From a virus, in IMG/VR virus record IMGVR_UViG_3300045988_168162, positions 82,781-146,780 of that record: a stretch of 64,000 nt of DNA; one strand, given 5' to 3'. Positions 45,930-55,857 of this stretch are shown here, piece by piece. Under the pieces are notes generated by a model. It was not told where the DNA came from, did not search any database, and worked only from the letters and a program-made list of their open reading frames with translations. Position 1 is the stretch's first letter. Each line of letters starts with the position of its first letter. The position numbers were made by a program, and so were the translations under genes.

Positions 45930-46576
45930 GCATTTTGTATACCTTTTTGATTGGTGAAGATAATACGTTGACTGCTACTGTGGTGGAACGCATCATGGAG
46001 CGGAGCAAGCTGGTGGACAGTTTGCACTTTTTGGCAGAGCCTACATATAAAGACGTAGATATGTCTGATTTTGTGGTGATGCTTGAGTATGTACTGCCGA
46101 TTAGTAAGAAATATAAAACCGAGATTTTAGAGTTGTCCGATGAGCGCTACAAAGACATGCTGGAGTACAAGCTGCCTTTTGATACGGCGCTGACCAGCGA
46201 ACCCGGTGACATTGAGATCCAGCTGACCTTTGCAAAGGTGGAGCTGAGTGCTGACGGCGAGGGAACGCAGTATGTACGTAAGGTTGGCCCCGGCAGCATT
46301 AAGATCGTGCCGATCTCTGCCTGGAGCGATATTGTGCCGGATGAGGCATTGAGTGCTATTGACCAGAGACTGCTGGCAGCACAGGCCATGATCAAGTCCC
46401 TGAATGAGCAGAATAACACGATTATGAAGTCTAAGGCAGACAGCCTACGCTATAAAGACAGCATTTTGCAGCTGACCGCACAGGGAAACCCGATTGGCGC
46501 AGCTGTAAAGATTGAGTCCGGCAGTGGCGGCGGTACTGATCCCAATGACGGAAGTATCCGTGTGGTTGAGTTTTAA
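45926..46576 (+). CDS. BppU_N-like tail fibre/baseplate protein
   Basis: GTG 45926 overlaps the xkdX stop. Contains DMSDFVVMLEYVLP.. then a coiled coil. Confidence 0.45.
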   Translation: MSILYTFLIGEDNTLTATVVERIMERSKLVDSLHFLAEPTYKDVDMSDFVVMLEYVLPISKKYKTEILELSDERYKDMLEYKLPFDTALTSEPGDIEIQLTFAKVELSADGEGTQYVRKVGPGSIKIVPISAWSDIVPDEALSAIDQRLLAAQAMIKSLNEQNNTIMKSKADSLRYKDSILQLTAQGNPIGAAVKIESGSGGGTDPNDGSIRVVEF

Positions 46577-46624
46577 CGACTTGGCCGCACGGCTTTTTAT
46601 TTTGTGAGAGAGGAGGAACCAATT

Positions 46625-46981
46625 ATGGCTACTTATTCCAAGCTTGGTTACGGTAATGCAGCGAACCTGGATACCGCAATCACGAACGGCAAGATCGACG
46701 GCAAGGACATTGTTATCACCAAGGACACTAGCGAGTTCTACTACATCCGTGATGACAAGACCAAGCAGGCGATTCGTCCGCGCCCGGCAATGTACAACTC
46801 TGTGAGCGCAGCCGAGAGCGACCTTGCAAAGAACAGCGATACATTTGCCGGTCAGACTGTTATGATCCGCGCCGAAGATGGTAAATATGCGCCCTACATT
46901 GTGCAGGACAAAGCAGAAGGCGGCTACCAGGTGGAAGCCCTGGGCGGGACCGGCGGCGGTTTTGTCTGGCAGGAATTTTAA
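46625..46981 (+). CDS. Hypothetical structural protein
   Basis: GAGAGGAGGA SD, biased codon use. Confidence 0.45.
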   Translation: MATYSKLGYGNAANLDTAITNGKIDGKDIVITKDTSEFYYIRDDKTKQAIRPRPAMYNSVSAAESDLAKNSDTFAGQTVMIRAEDGKYAPYIVQDKAEGGYQVEALGGTGGGFVWQEF

Positions 46982-47013
46982 CTTTTTGAGAAATAACGAT
47001 AAGGAGAAATATT

Positions 47014-48099
47014 ATGGCCAATATTAGTTTTGCTTGTGGTCCTAAGTCTAATTACGATAAATTGCAGGTCAAGAATAACGATACCCTGTATTTTCTGACT
47101 GATACCATGCAGATCTTTAAGGGTGCCAGTGAGTACACCAAGAGCTGCAAGCTGGTTTCTACGCTGCCTGAGAGCGGCCAGGTTCAGGGCATTATCTATG
47201 TCCGTACCAGCGACTTTACCCTGCATGTTTACAATGGCACCAGCTATGTGCAGCTGAACAAGGCTGTTGCTACCACTATCCCGGCTTCTAACGCCAGCGA
47301 TGACAACATTCCTACCACCAAGGCTGTTGCTGATTACGTCAATGCCAAGATCGAGGGTGTTGTCGGCGGCAAGGGTGTGTTTGTTACCGATGTCTCTTAC
47401 AAGTCTGGTGTGCTGAGTGTTGCCAAGGGCGATGCCCCCGTTACCACCACCCTGACCGGTGTTGTGCATGACGCCACCTATGATGCCGAGACCCGCACTA
47501 TCTCCCTGCCTGTGTTTGGCGGCGACGCACTGACCATCAATCTGGGCAAAGATCTGGTTGTGACCAGCGGTAAGTATGATGCCAAGACCAAGGAGATCCA
47601 GCTGACTATCACCAGCGGCGATGTTATCAAGATCCCTGTCGGCAGCCTGATTGATATCTACACCGGCCTGGCTACTTCTACTGCTGAGGTCACTGTCTCT
47701 GACGAGAACAAGATTTCTGTGAGAGTCAAGGTTTCTGCCAAGGCTAACAACTCCATCACTATTGAGGAAGATGGCCTGTATGTTGCTGTGCCCGATGCCT
47801 ACACTAAGGCTGAGACCGACCAGAAGGTTAAGACCGTACAGGATGCGCTGACTGGTCATATCGGTGATGCTGTTGCCCATGTTACCGCCGAGGAGCGCAA
47901 GACCTGGGACGGCAAGGTTTCCACCGACCAGCTGGCTACTGCTAAGAGCGAGGCCATTGCTGCCGCTGCTACCGATGCTACCACCAAGGCGGACAAGGCA
48001 CTGAAAGATGCCAAGACCTATGCGGATGGCCTGAACACCGCTATGGATGGCCGTGTGAAAGAGACCGAGAAGGCTCTGGCCTGGCAGACTATTGCCTAA
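47014..48099 (+). CDS. Tail fibre protein
   Basis: AAGGAGA SD, strongly biased codon use, IPTTKAVADYVNAKI fibre motif, coiled C-terminus. Confidence 0.6.
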   Translation: MANISFACGPKSNYDKLQVKNNDTLYFLTDTMQIFKGASEYTKSCKLVSTLPESGQVQGIIYVRTSDFTLHVYNGTSYVQLNKAVATTIPASNASDDNIPTTKAVADYVNAKIEGVVGGKGVFVTDVSYKSGVLSVAKGDAPVTTTLTGVVHDATYDAETRTISLPVFGGDALTINLGKDLVVTSGKYDAKTKEIQLTITSGDVIKIPVGSLIDIYTGLATSTAEVTVSDENKISVRVKVSAKANNSITIEEDGLYVAVPDAYTKAETDQKVKTVQDALTGHIGDAVAHVTAEERKTWDGKVSTDQLATAKSEAIAAAATDATTKADKALKDAKTYADGLNTAMDGRVKETEKALAWQTIA

Positions 48100-48132
48100 T
48101 GGTTTGACCGATTTTTAAGATGTGATAGGGTC

Positions 48133-48171
48133 GCCCTACTGCTGGACTGCGGTGGGGCGGCTTTATTTTTT
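48133..48171 (+). terminator. Rho-independent terminator
   Basis: GCCCTACTGC / GCGGTGGGGC stem followed by a T-run. Confidence 0.7.
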
Positions 48172-48194
48172 GATTTTTTCGATAGGAGATAGTA

Positions 48195-48497
48195 ATGGCG
48201 AAATTATCTTTGTGCGAGATCAATCAATCTCAGCTGAATGATACTCCTGTCGTAGATGGGCAGCTTGTCTGCTGCCTGGACACGGGAAACACCTACCGCG
48301 ACACGGCGAGTGGGCGAATCCAGATCGGGCATGACATCGAGTTTGTAAGCGAGCTGCCTTTGGCCCCGATCAACGGGAAGATTTATTGTGTCGGTTACGG
48401 TGAGCTATGGCTTTATAACGGCGATTGGATGCGGCTGAATAAGGCCCCAGAGCGAATTACGAATACCGAAATCGATAACTTATTCAAAGACGAATAG
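48195..48497 (+). CDS. Short fibre-related protein
   Basis: 100 aa. The C-terminal ITNTEIDNLF motif recurs at the end of the next gene. Confidence 0.45.
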   Translation: MAKLSLCEINQSQLNDTPVVDGQLVCCLDTGNTYRDTASGRIQIGHDIEFVSELPLAPINGKIYCVGYGELWLYNGDWMRLNKAPERITNTEIDNLFKDE

Positions 48498-48508
48498 GAG
48501 GAAACACT

Positions 48509-49801
48509 ATGGCATGGCTTGATTATGATGGCCTTTTGTATTTTTGGCAGAAAATCAAGAGCAAGCTGGACGGCAAGGTCGATAAGGTGACAGGCAAGGG
48601 ACTGTCTACCAACGACTATACCACTGGCGAAAAGAATAAGCTGGCCGGGCTGAGTAATTATACCCACCCGACCTCAAGCGGCAACAAACATATCCCGGCA
48701 GGCGGCAGCGCAGGCCAGTTTTTGAAATGGAGCGCGGACGGTACTGCTGTTTGGGCGAATGATAACAACACGACCTATACCACTATGACCGGTGCTACGG
48801 CAAATGCAGATGGTAAGGAGGGTCTGGCTCCGAAGCCTGCAAAGGGTCAGCAGGGTCTGTACCTGCGCGGTGACGGCACCTGGGCTACACCCACGAACAC
48901 TACCTATGGCGATGCTACACAGAGCGCACATGGTTTGATGACCGCTGCCGATAAAACCAAACTGGACGGCATTGCTGCAGGCGCAAACAACTATGTACAC
49001 CCGACTACTGCTGGCAATAAACATGTGCCTGCTGGCGGTGCTGCCGGGCAGATCCTGGGTTGGAGTGCAGATGGCACGGCCAAGTGGGTCAACGAAAAGG
49101 ATACCACTTACGGCACCTTTAAGGGCGCAACTTCCAGCGCTGATGGTGGCAATGGTCTGGTTCCTGGCCCGAAGATGGCGAATAAGGATCAGTATCTGAA
49201 GGGCGACGGCACCTGGGGCACGCCTACTAATACAACTTATAACGATGCTACACAGTCTACACACGGCCTGATGACAGCTGCGGATAAGAAAAAGCTAGAT
49301 GGTGTTGCTGCCGGTGCTAACAACTATGTGCATCCGAGTTACACTGCCAAGGATTCCGGCCTGTACAAGGTGACTGTAGATGCAAGCGGTCATGTGAGTG
49401 CTGCGACTGCGGTTGTCAAGGCTGACATTACTGCCCTGGGTATCCCGGCCACGAACACGACTTACTCTAAGTCTACCACCAGCGCGGACGGCCTGATGAG
49501 CAAAGAGGACAAGACAAAGCTGGATGGTTTTGCGCAAGCAAGTACCTACGCAAGCAAGACTTATGTTGGCCAGCAGATTTCTGCAGCCGGACATATTAAA
49601 AAGAGCATTGTGGAAACACTGCCTGAAGCTAAGGATGCCAAGGATAACATTATTTACATGGTGAAGAAGGTTACGCCGGACGGCACAAACCTGTACGACG
49701 AATACATGCTGATCAGCGGCGCGATGGAGAAGATTGGTGACACGAAGACTGTCATTGAGGCTATCACGAATACCGAGATTGATACCATCCTTGCAAGCTG
49801 A
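48509..49801 (+). CDS. Tail fibre protein with GNKH(I/V)PAGG repeats
   Basis: Two copies of HPTxxGNKHxPAGGxxGQxLxWSADGTAxW and two or three of ATQSxHGLMTAADKxKLDG. Confidence 0.65.
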   Translation: MAWLDYDGLLYFWQKIKSKLDGKVDKVTGKGLSTNDYTTGEKNKLAGLSNYTHPTSSGNKHIPAGGSAGQFLKWSADGTAVWANDNNTTYTTMTGATANADGKEGLAPKPAKGQQGLYLRGDGTWATPTNTTYGDATQSAHGLMTAADKTKLDGIAAGANNYVHPTTAGNKHVPAGGAAGQILGWSADGTAKWVNEKDTTYGTFKGATSSADGGNGLVPGPKMANKDQYLKGDGTWGTPTNTTYNDATQSTHGLMTAADKKKLDGVAAGANNYVHPSYTAKDSGLYKVTVDASGHVSAATAVVKADITALGIPATNTTYSKSTTSADGLMSKEDKTKLDGFAQASTYASKTYVGQQISAAGHIKKSIVETLPEAKDAKDNIIYMVKKVTPDGTNLYDEYMLISGAMEKIGDTKTVIEAITNTEIDTILAS

Positions 49802-49828
49802 TCTTTGACCTTAAAGGAGGTTTGAGAT

Positions 49829-50602
49829 ATGGCTTTATTGGATGAAAGCGGGCTGAAATATCTTTGGAGCCAGCTGAAAACAAAGTTTGCAATGGCTAGT
49901 CATACGCATGATGCTGCTACCAAAAGCACAGCAGGCATGATGAGTGCTGCAGATAAAACTAAACTAGACGGTATTGCGGAAAAAGCTAACAATTACAGCC
50001 ATCCGACAAGCGCTGGCAACAAGCACATTCCGGCTGGCGGTAGTGCCGGCAAGATTTTGGGCTGGGCCAGCGATGGTACTGCGCAGTGGATAGACGATAA
50101 AAATACAACTTATAGCAACTTCAAGGGAGCCACCAGTTCTGCAGCCGGTGGCTCTGGTCTTGTACCGGCTCCTGCGGCTGGTGGACAGGGCACACAGTAC
50201 CTGAGAGCTGATGGCGTTTGGGCTGTGCCGCCGAATACGACTTATGCCAATGCTACACAGGGTGCCGCTGGCCTGATGAGTGGTGGAGACAAAACCAAAC
50301 TTGATGGTGTTGCAGTGAACGCCAATAATTATGTGCATCCCACCACCAGCGGAAACAAGCACATCCCAGCCGGTGGTGCGAGTGGGCAGGTTTTGCGTTG
50401 GAGTGCAGACGGTACGGCTACCTGGGGTGCGGACAAGGATACAACTTATACGAATTTTGTTGGCGCTACAGCAAATGCCAGCGGTAAGGCAGGACTTGTG
50501 CCTGCGCCTAGTACGGGTGCAATAAACCTGTTTTTGAGAAGCGACGGTACGTGGGGAAGCGTTGCCGGAGCACAAACCAGTATTACGATTGTTAGGTGGT
50601 GA
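49829..50602 (+). CDS. Tail fibre protein with GNKH(I/V)PAGG repeats
   Basis: Same repeat family as the 48509 gene. Confidence 0.65.
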   Translation: MALLDESGLKYLWSQLKTKFAMASHTHDAATKSTAGMMSAADKTKLDGIAEKANNYSHPTSAGNKHIPAGGSAGKILGWASDGTAQWIDDKNTTYSNFKGATSSAAGGSGLVPAPAAGGQGTQYLRADGVWAVPPNTTYANATQGAAGLMSGGDKTKLDGVAVNANNYVHPTTSGNKHIPAGGASGQVLRWSADGTATWGADKDTTYTNFVGATANASGKAGLVPAPSTGAINLFLRSDGTWGSVAGAQTSITIVRW

Positions 50603-50608
50603 TTTTTA

Positions 50609-51223
50609 ATGCCTGTTTATTTAGGAGGCCAGAAAGTTAGTATTTTTGGCGCGGCTGGTGGTGAAGCCATCAAGACGCAAGCAAAGACCGTGACACCGAG
50701 CGAAAGCCAGCAGACAGTATCACCTGATAGTGGTTACATTGGCTTGAGCAGCGTTACGGTGAACGCAATTTCTAAGACCCATGTTGGCAGCGGTGTAACA
50801 AAAAAATCTGCTGCTACTTATACGCCTGGCACGAGTAACCAGACGATTGGAGCGAATCAGTACCTGAGCGGTGCTCAGACGATCAAGGGAGATAGTAACC
50901 TGGTCGCTGGGAATATCCGCTCAGGTGTTTCTATTTTTGGGGTAACCGGCACTGTGGTGGCGGCATCCTCGCCAAGACTGCAGACTAAGACTGTTACACC
51001 AAGGACTTCAAGCCAGACCGTAAAGCCTGACAGCGGCTACGACGGCCTGAGCCAGGTGACTGTGAGTGGCGATTATAATCTGGTGAGCGGAAACATTATC
51101 AGCGGCAAGACTATTTTCGGTGTGCCTGGTTCCGTGGTGATCCAGAAGTATTACACCGGCAGCTCCGCACCAAGTTCTTCAACCGGCAGTAATGGCGATT
51201 TGTATTTGCAGACTGGGGGCTAA
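50609..51223 (+). CDS. Fibre-associated repeat protein
   Basis: Two copies of KTVTPxxSxQTVxPDSGYxGLSxVTV..SGxxIFGVxG. Confidence 0.5.
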   Translation: MPVYLGGQKVSIFGAAGGEAIKTQAKTVTPSESQQTVSPDSGYIGLSSVTVNAISKTHVGSGVTKKSAATYTPGTSNQTIGANQYLSGAQTIKGDSNLVAGNIRSGVSIFGVTGTVVAASSPRLQTKTVTPRTSSQTVKPDSGYDGLSQVTVSGDYNLVSGNIISGKTIFGVPGSVVIQKYYTGSSAPSSSTGSNGDLYLQTGG

Positions 51224-51226
51224 TGT

Positions 51227-51862
51227 ATGGCAAGTGTAACATTGGTTCCTGCAGGATATGATGGTCAGCGCTCATCGTATAGTTCTGTAGATACGTCTTA
51301 TCCGCTTTCAAATGGCCTTACCAGTTCAAGCAGTGACACCTTTACGGTGCTAAACCTGAACAAAGGTGGCGGCGCGGTTTCTAAACTGGCAATCAAATTC
51401 GATATGTCAAAGATTCCAACCGACGCCAAGATCAATTCTATCTCTTGTAAGATAAAGGCCAAAATCTCGAACGCATATTCGTACATATTGCAAGGTGTTG
51501 CGCAGCTGTATTGCGGCACATCCGGGTTGAGCGGCGAAATTGAGTTGGGAACATCCGAAGTAGCTCAGACTTTTAGTGATACAGGCTATTGGGATCGTGA
51601 GAGCCTGGACGAGCTTGTCTTGCTGATTACCTGTACACGCGGTTCGCTATCCGCGAACAACAGCCAGACTTTGCGTTTTTATGGCGCTGATCTGACTGTA
51701 GACTACACTAGCGGCGGTTCGACTGGCCCTGTGCTGAGCACTAAGGTAAATGGCAGCTGGGTGAACGTATCCAAGGTTTACAAAAAGATAAACGGCAATT
51801 GGGTAGAGCAGAGCGACCTTGCGAGCCTGTTTAATACGAACACTAACTATGTAAAGGGGTGA
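51227..51862 (+). CDS. Hypothetical fibre-module protein
   Basis: 211-aa ORF with a weak GGGGG SD. Confidence 0.45.
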   Translation: MASVTLVPAGYDGQRSSYSSVDTSYPLSNGLTSSSSDTFTVLNLNKGGGAVSKLAIKFDMSKIPTDAKINSISCKIKAKISNAYSYILQGVAQLYCGTSGLSGEIELGTSEVAQTFSDTGYWDRESLDELVLLITCTRGSLSANNSQTLRFYGADLTVDYTSGGSTGPVLSTKVNGSWVNVSKVYKKINGNWVEQSDLASLFNTNTNYVKG

Positions 51863-51868
51863 TGAGAT

Positions 51869-52891
51869 ATGGCAAAAACCGCTACGAATGTTAGCAATTT
51901 TCAGATCAACGTACTGACCGAAGCGCAGTATATTGAGGCAATGGGTAACGGCGAGATCGATGAAAATGCGCTGTATCTTACGCCTGAAAAGAAACTGATT
52001 AAGTCTGTTACGCAGGCTGAGTATGATGCTTTGAAAAAAGCCGGTACACTGGATAATGACATCTTGTACGTGACACCCGCTGTGGAAATTGGCGATGCTA
52101 CACAACGTGAGCATGGCTATATGAGTGCCGCCGACAAAATCAAGTTGGATGGCATTGCCGCTGGGGCAAATAAGTACAGCCACCCTGGGTATACATCCAA
52201 GAGCAACGGCTTTTATAAGGTGACTGTGGATGGGACAGGCCATGTGAGCGCGACTACTGCTGTGACCAAGTCGGACATTACCGGGCTTGGTATCCCTGCA
52301 CAGGATACTACATACTCTGCGGCAACTTCTTCGACGCTGGGCCTTGTGAGGGTCGGCAGCAATATATCGAACAGTTATGGCACGATCAGCTTGACAAAGG
52401 CCAATGTGACGAACGCACTTGGGTATACGCCGCCGACACATGATACCACCTATGGGTTAGCCACGACTAGCTCTAATGGCCTGATGAGTTACAGCGACAA
52501 GAGCAAACTGAATGGTCTGTCAAACATTACGGTTGACACGGAACTTTCTGCGTCCAGCACGAACCCGGTGCAGAACAAGGTTGTGTATGCCAATAATTTG
52601 TGGCTGTATCGCGCTTATTTCTCTGTGGACAGCTGGACTGCCAGTGGTAGCCAGTATTATCAGGGTGCATATGTGTATGCACAGGATGGTGGGCCTACGC
52701 TTTCCGCAGGTGCTACGCTGAGCACGCCTATGACTGCACAGAACAGTAATCTGTCCACGAATGAAACGCTGCAGGCGACGCTGAATATCATCAATGCCGG
52801 GTACGCAACGGTTAGCAGATCCGGCTATGTGACAGTGTATGTTTCGGAGAAGCCGACATCTGATATTTATGTGTATTGGTATGCGCGGTAA
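51869..52891 (+). CDS. Tail fibre protein
   Basis: One ATQxxHGYMSAADKIKLDG repeat. The C-terminal domain is paralogous to the 38067 gene. Confidence 0.6.
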   Translation: MAKTATNVSNFQINVLTEAQYIEAMGNGEIDENALYLTPEKKLIKSVTQAEYDALKKAGTLDNDILYVTPAVEIGDATQREHGYMSAADKIKLDGIAAGANKYSHPGYTSKSNGFYKVTVDGTGHVSATTAVTKSDITGLGIPAQDTTYSAATSSTLGLVRVGSNISNSYGTISLTKANVTNALGYTPPTHDTTYGLATTSSNGLMSYSDKSKLNGLSNITVDTELSASSTNPVQNKVVYANNLWLYRAYFSVDSWTASGSQYYQGAYVYAQDGGPTLSAGATLSTPMTAQNSNLSTNETLQATLNIINAGYATVSRSGYVTVYVSEKPTSDIYVYWYAR

Positions 52892-52962
52892 ATAAAAACG
52901 GCCATGACATGCTGACGAATCAGACAAGCCATGACTGCATGAATGTTGGCATTGAATAATAA

Positions 52963-53003
52963 GGGGTGTTGTTGCCTACGGGTGATGGCACCCTCTTTTT
53001 TTT
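52963..53003 (+). terminator. Rho-independent terminator
   Basis: Long wobble-rich stem around a TACG loop, followed by T8. Confidence 0.55.
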
Positions 53004-53022
53004 ATTTTGGAGGGAAAGTTTT

Positions 53023-54408
53023 ATGAGATTAAAAAACGGGGAGGTATGCCTAGATTGGCCTTTGGCTAATCATATCCTGACGCAAGGCTGGTTTTATAAC
53101 GATGGCAGCATGCACCAGGCAATTGATATGCGGGCGATGGTTGGAACACCTGTGCTGGCTGCAGAAGATGGCACCGTTGAGATTGTGTACCACTGGAACG
53201 GCAAACGCACCCAGGGCGATACAAATAGCTATGGCAATATGGTGAAGATCCGACATGCGAATTGGAATAGCGGTACAGTACATACGCTGTACGCACACTT
53301 GAACTCTATTACGGTAAAACAAGGACAAACTGTAAAAACCGGCGAGATCATTGGCTACTCTGGCAATACCGGAAACAGTTTTGGTGCCCATCTGCATTTT
53401 GAAGTCCGTTGGAAGAATAAGCGCACAAATCCGCTGGTTTGGCTGGATGACAACTTTACCAAGGCAACCGATAAGGTTTTTACCTTTAGAACAGGAGAGC
53501 ACAGTGTTGACCGCAGTGTTGGAGAAGCGGACAAGCCCGCCGGGAGTAATACACAGCCCGCTGACAAGGCTGAGACTGAACTGTGGGGCATTGATGTATC
53601 AAGGTACCAGTGCAATATCAACTGGCGCAAGGTTGCGGCCGCCGGGGTGAAGTTTGCTATGCTGCGTGTAGTTTCTACTGATAAGAATGGCATTTATGTG
53701 GACCCGACATTTGAGCAGAACTACAAGGGCGCCAAAGAAAATGGTATCCCTGTGGGAGTATACTTTTTTACTTATGCCCAGGATGAGGAGACACAGAACA
53801 AGGAAATGACCATGATGTTTAATGCCTTGAAAGGGAAGACATTGGAGTATCCTGTGGCACTGGACATTGAGGATAAAAATACCGCGTCTATTGGTAAGGC
53901 TAAACTAACCGCACTGGTAAAGCGTGGCCTGGACATCATTGACCAGAAGGGCTACAAGCCTATGCTGTACACCTATACCAATTACAAGGCCAGTTATCTG
54001 GATATGGGACAGCTTGCCGCCTATGACCTGTGGCTGGCTGATTACCGCAGCAGCTACAATGGCAAGGGCAAGAGCGCCATGTGGCAGTACAGTAGCAAGG
54101 GGAATGTGGCTGGCATTAACGGCAACTGCGATGTGAACTACTGCTACAAGAAGTACAGTGGCGAGAGCAGCGGCAAGCCGAATACCCCTGCACAGCCTGC
54201 CGCACCACAGAAAGCAATCATCTTTAAGCCTGGCCGCTGGAATGTGCGCAAAGGCCCCGGCATGGACTATGCCAGTGTAGGTGTGATCCAAAGCCCCGAT
54301 TCCAAGACCGGCAAGGTTGTAACGATTGGTTATGACGCTATCGTGAATGGTTGGTTTAAGACGGTGTACGGTTATATTGGCCCTGGCGCTGTAGCAAGCC
54401 ATACATGA
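53023..54408 (+). CDS. Endolysin: M23 peptidase + GH25 muramidase + SH3b
   Basis: HQAIDM..GNTGNSFGAHLHFEV (M23), WGIDVSRYQCNINW..GVYFFTYA..DIED (GH25), C-terminal SH3b-like domain. Confidence 0.85.
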   Translation: MRLKNGEVCLDWPLANHILTQGWFYNDGSMHQAIDMRAMVGTPVLAAEDGTVEIVYHWNGKRTQGDTNSYGNMVKIRHANWNSGTVHTLYAHLNSITVKQGQTVKTGEIIGYSGNTGNSFGAHLHFEVRWKNKRTNPLVWLDDNFTKATDKVFTFRTGEHSVDRSVGEADKPAGSNTQPADKAETELWGIDVSRYQCNINWRKVAAAGVKFAMLRVVSTDKNGIYVDPTFEQNYKGAKENGIPVGVYFFTYAQDEETQNKEMTMMFNALKGKTLEYPVALDIEDKNTASIGKAKLTALVKRGLDIIDQKGYKPMLYTYTNYKASYLDMGQLAAYDLWLADYRSSYNGKGKSAMWQYSSKGNVAGINGNCDVNYCYKKYSGESSGKPNTPAQPAAPQKAIIFKPGRWNVRKGPGMDYASVGVIQSPDSKTGKVVTIGYDAIVNGWFKTVYGYIGPGAVASHT

Positions 54409-54424
54409 GAAAGTCGGTGATTTT

Positions 54425-54748
54425 ATGAAGGAATCTTTTAATCTGATGAGGTTTTCCAAGAAAGTCATTATTTTTACGTTGGGTGCGACACTGCTGTATG
54501 CCGTTGTGTACATGGTGCTGTGTTTCTCGATTGGGCAGCTGCCGGATTACAGCTTTAATGTTGGCTTGTTTGCCGCGCTGAGTGCTGAGAATTTGTGCAA
54601 TGCCTGGATCAAGATTTGCGAGCATAAGTACAAGAGCAATGGTGACTCTGATTCGTCCGGGCTGCTGCTTGGCGATGAGGAAGATGGTGTGCCGAATCAT
54701 CCCAACGATATGACCGGTGAGAACGTTGAAGACAACGTAGGAGAGTAA
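54425..54748 (+). CDS. Holin-like membrane protein
   Basis: Two predicted TM segments and an acidic tail, adjacent to the lysin. Confidence 0.5.
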   Translation: MKESFNLMRFSKKVIIFTLGATLLYAVVYMVLCFSIGQLPDYSFNVGLFAALSAENLCNAWIKICEHKYKSNGDSDSSGLLLGDEEDGVPNHPNDMTGENVEDNVGE

Positions 54749-54750
54749 TT

Positions 54751-55110
54751 ATGGAACAGGGGATTTTTTATATTGCTGTTGGCGTGGCAATTATTCTTGG
54801 CACACTGGTTGGCCGCTATGTATTCCCGAATATCAGCGAGACTGTAAGCTCGGCACTAAACCTGTTGAGTGCTTACCCGATGCTGATGAAATGGGGCACT
54901 GCCGCCTGCCAATACATAAAGCAATATTTAGATAGTATGTCTGGTGAGGACAAAAACAAGAAAGCCGCTGAAATGATCATGGAGCTGGCAAAGCAGGTTG
55001 GCCTGGAAATTACCGAAGAACAGGCACGCAGCATTGCCCAGGCTGCTTATGAGGCTATGAAAAAAGAGGCGGAGAATTCTAAACCTGCGAAAGAGCAGGT
55101 GAGCGAGTAA
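54751..55110 (+). CDS. LL-H-type holin-like protein
   Basis: N-terminal TM segment followed by the KKAAEMIMELAKQVGLEITEEQARSIAQAAYEAM pattern. Confidence 0.55.
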   Translation: MEQGIFYIAVGVAIILGTLVGRYVFPNISETVSSALNLLSAYPMLMKWGTAACQYIKQYLDSMSGEDKNKKAAEMIMELAKQVGLEITEEQARSIAQAAYEAMKKEAENSKPAKEQVSE

Positions 55111-55517
55111 TGCCGAATCCGGAATTTCATTTTACATTAAGCCAGATGTTTGTATGGATTGTATCTGTGTGCGGCGGCATTACCGGTATTGCTGCTGCGA
55201 TTGCTGTGATGGTAAAGTTCAATACCTTTTTGAAGAAACCGAACCACGACCAGGATGTTAAGATTGAAGAACTGACCACACGGGTGGCAAAGCTGGAAGG
55301 TAAGGTTGAAGGGCTTGAAGATGATTTTAAAAAGCAGAATCTCCATCATAAGGAACTGTTTGAAAGAGACAAGGAGCGTTTAGATGCCCAGGAGAATAGC
55401 ATGAACATGTTGCTGCGGGCAAACTTTGCGTTGCTTGGACATGCTTTGAACGGGAACAATGTAGAGCAGATGCAGAGTGCATTTAACGATATTCAGGAGT
55501 ATCTGTTTAATCGGTAA
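55110..55517 (+). CDS. Membrane-anchored coiled-coil protein (lysis module)
   Basis: N-terminal TM segment followed by a coiled coil. Confidence 0.45.
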   Translation: MPNPEFHFTLSQMFVWIVSVCGGITGIAAAIAVMVKFNTFLKKPNHDQDVKIEELTTRVAKLEGKVEGLEDDFKKQNLHHKELFERDKERLDAQENSMNMLLRANFALLGHALNGNNVEQMQSAFNDIQEYLFNR

Positions 55518-55640
55518 TGCACATGGCGTCGAAACAGCGGACTGGTTCGGGATCAGCCGATTGTGGAGCCAGACCAAAGGTTAAGCGGAAACCATGAACC
55601 GAATAGGGCAGGAGACTGTCTGAAAGAAAACGCAAAAGTA

Positions 55641-55677
55641 ATAGGGGTGACCTTTTGATGGGTCATCCCTATTTTTT
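55641..55677 (+). terminator. Rho-independent terminator closing the late operon
   Basis: 12-bp stem ATAGGGGTGACC / GGTCATCCCTAT followed by TTTTTT. Confidence 0.75.
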
Positions 55678-55778
55678 AGCTGATTATTTAGTTTTCGTAG
55701 TCCATGTCTTTTCACCAATTACTCATGCATCTCGTCTTCTCATTCATCTTGTCTTTAGTTTAACTACATTTTTAAAAG

Positions 55779-55819
55779 CTAAAAAAGACGGAGCACCTGG
55801 TGTAGCAGATGTCCGTCTT
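55779..55819 (-). terminator. Terminator downstream of int
   Basis: AAGACGGA / TCCGTCTT stem with a T-run on the minus strand. Confidence 0.5.
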
Positions 55820-55857
55820 AGTTTGTTTTTGTCATATCTTAGGCTCTTTTTTGAAAA

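Noticed and set aside
48509-52891. Diversity-generating retroelement (template/variable repeat pairs) in the repeated fibre segments
   Set aside because: There is no reverse transcriptase in the window. The repeat copies differ at many positions, including synonymous ones, rather than at adenine-specific sites.
55520-55640. Possible tRNA-derived attP core (GGTTCGGGATCAGCC resembles a T-arm)
   Set aside because: The stem does not pair as a T-arm, and no acceptor or anticodon arms can be drawn. I recognised no tRNA gene anywhere in the window.
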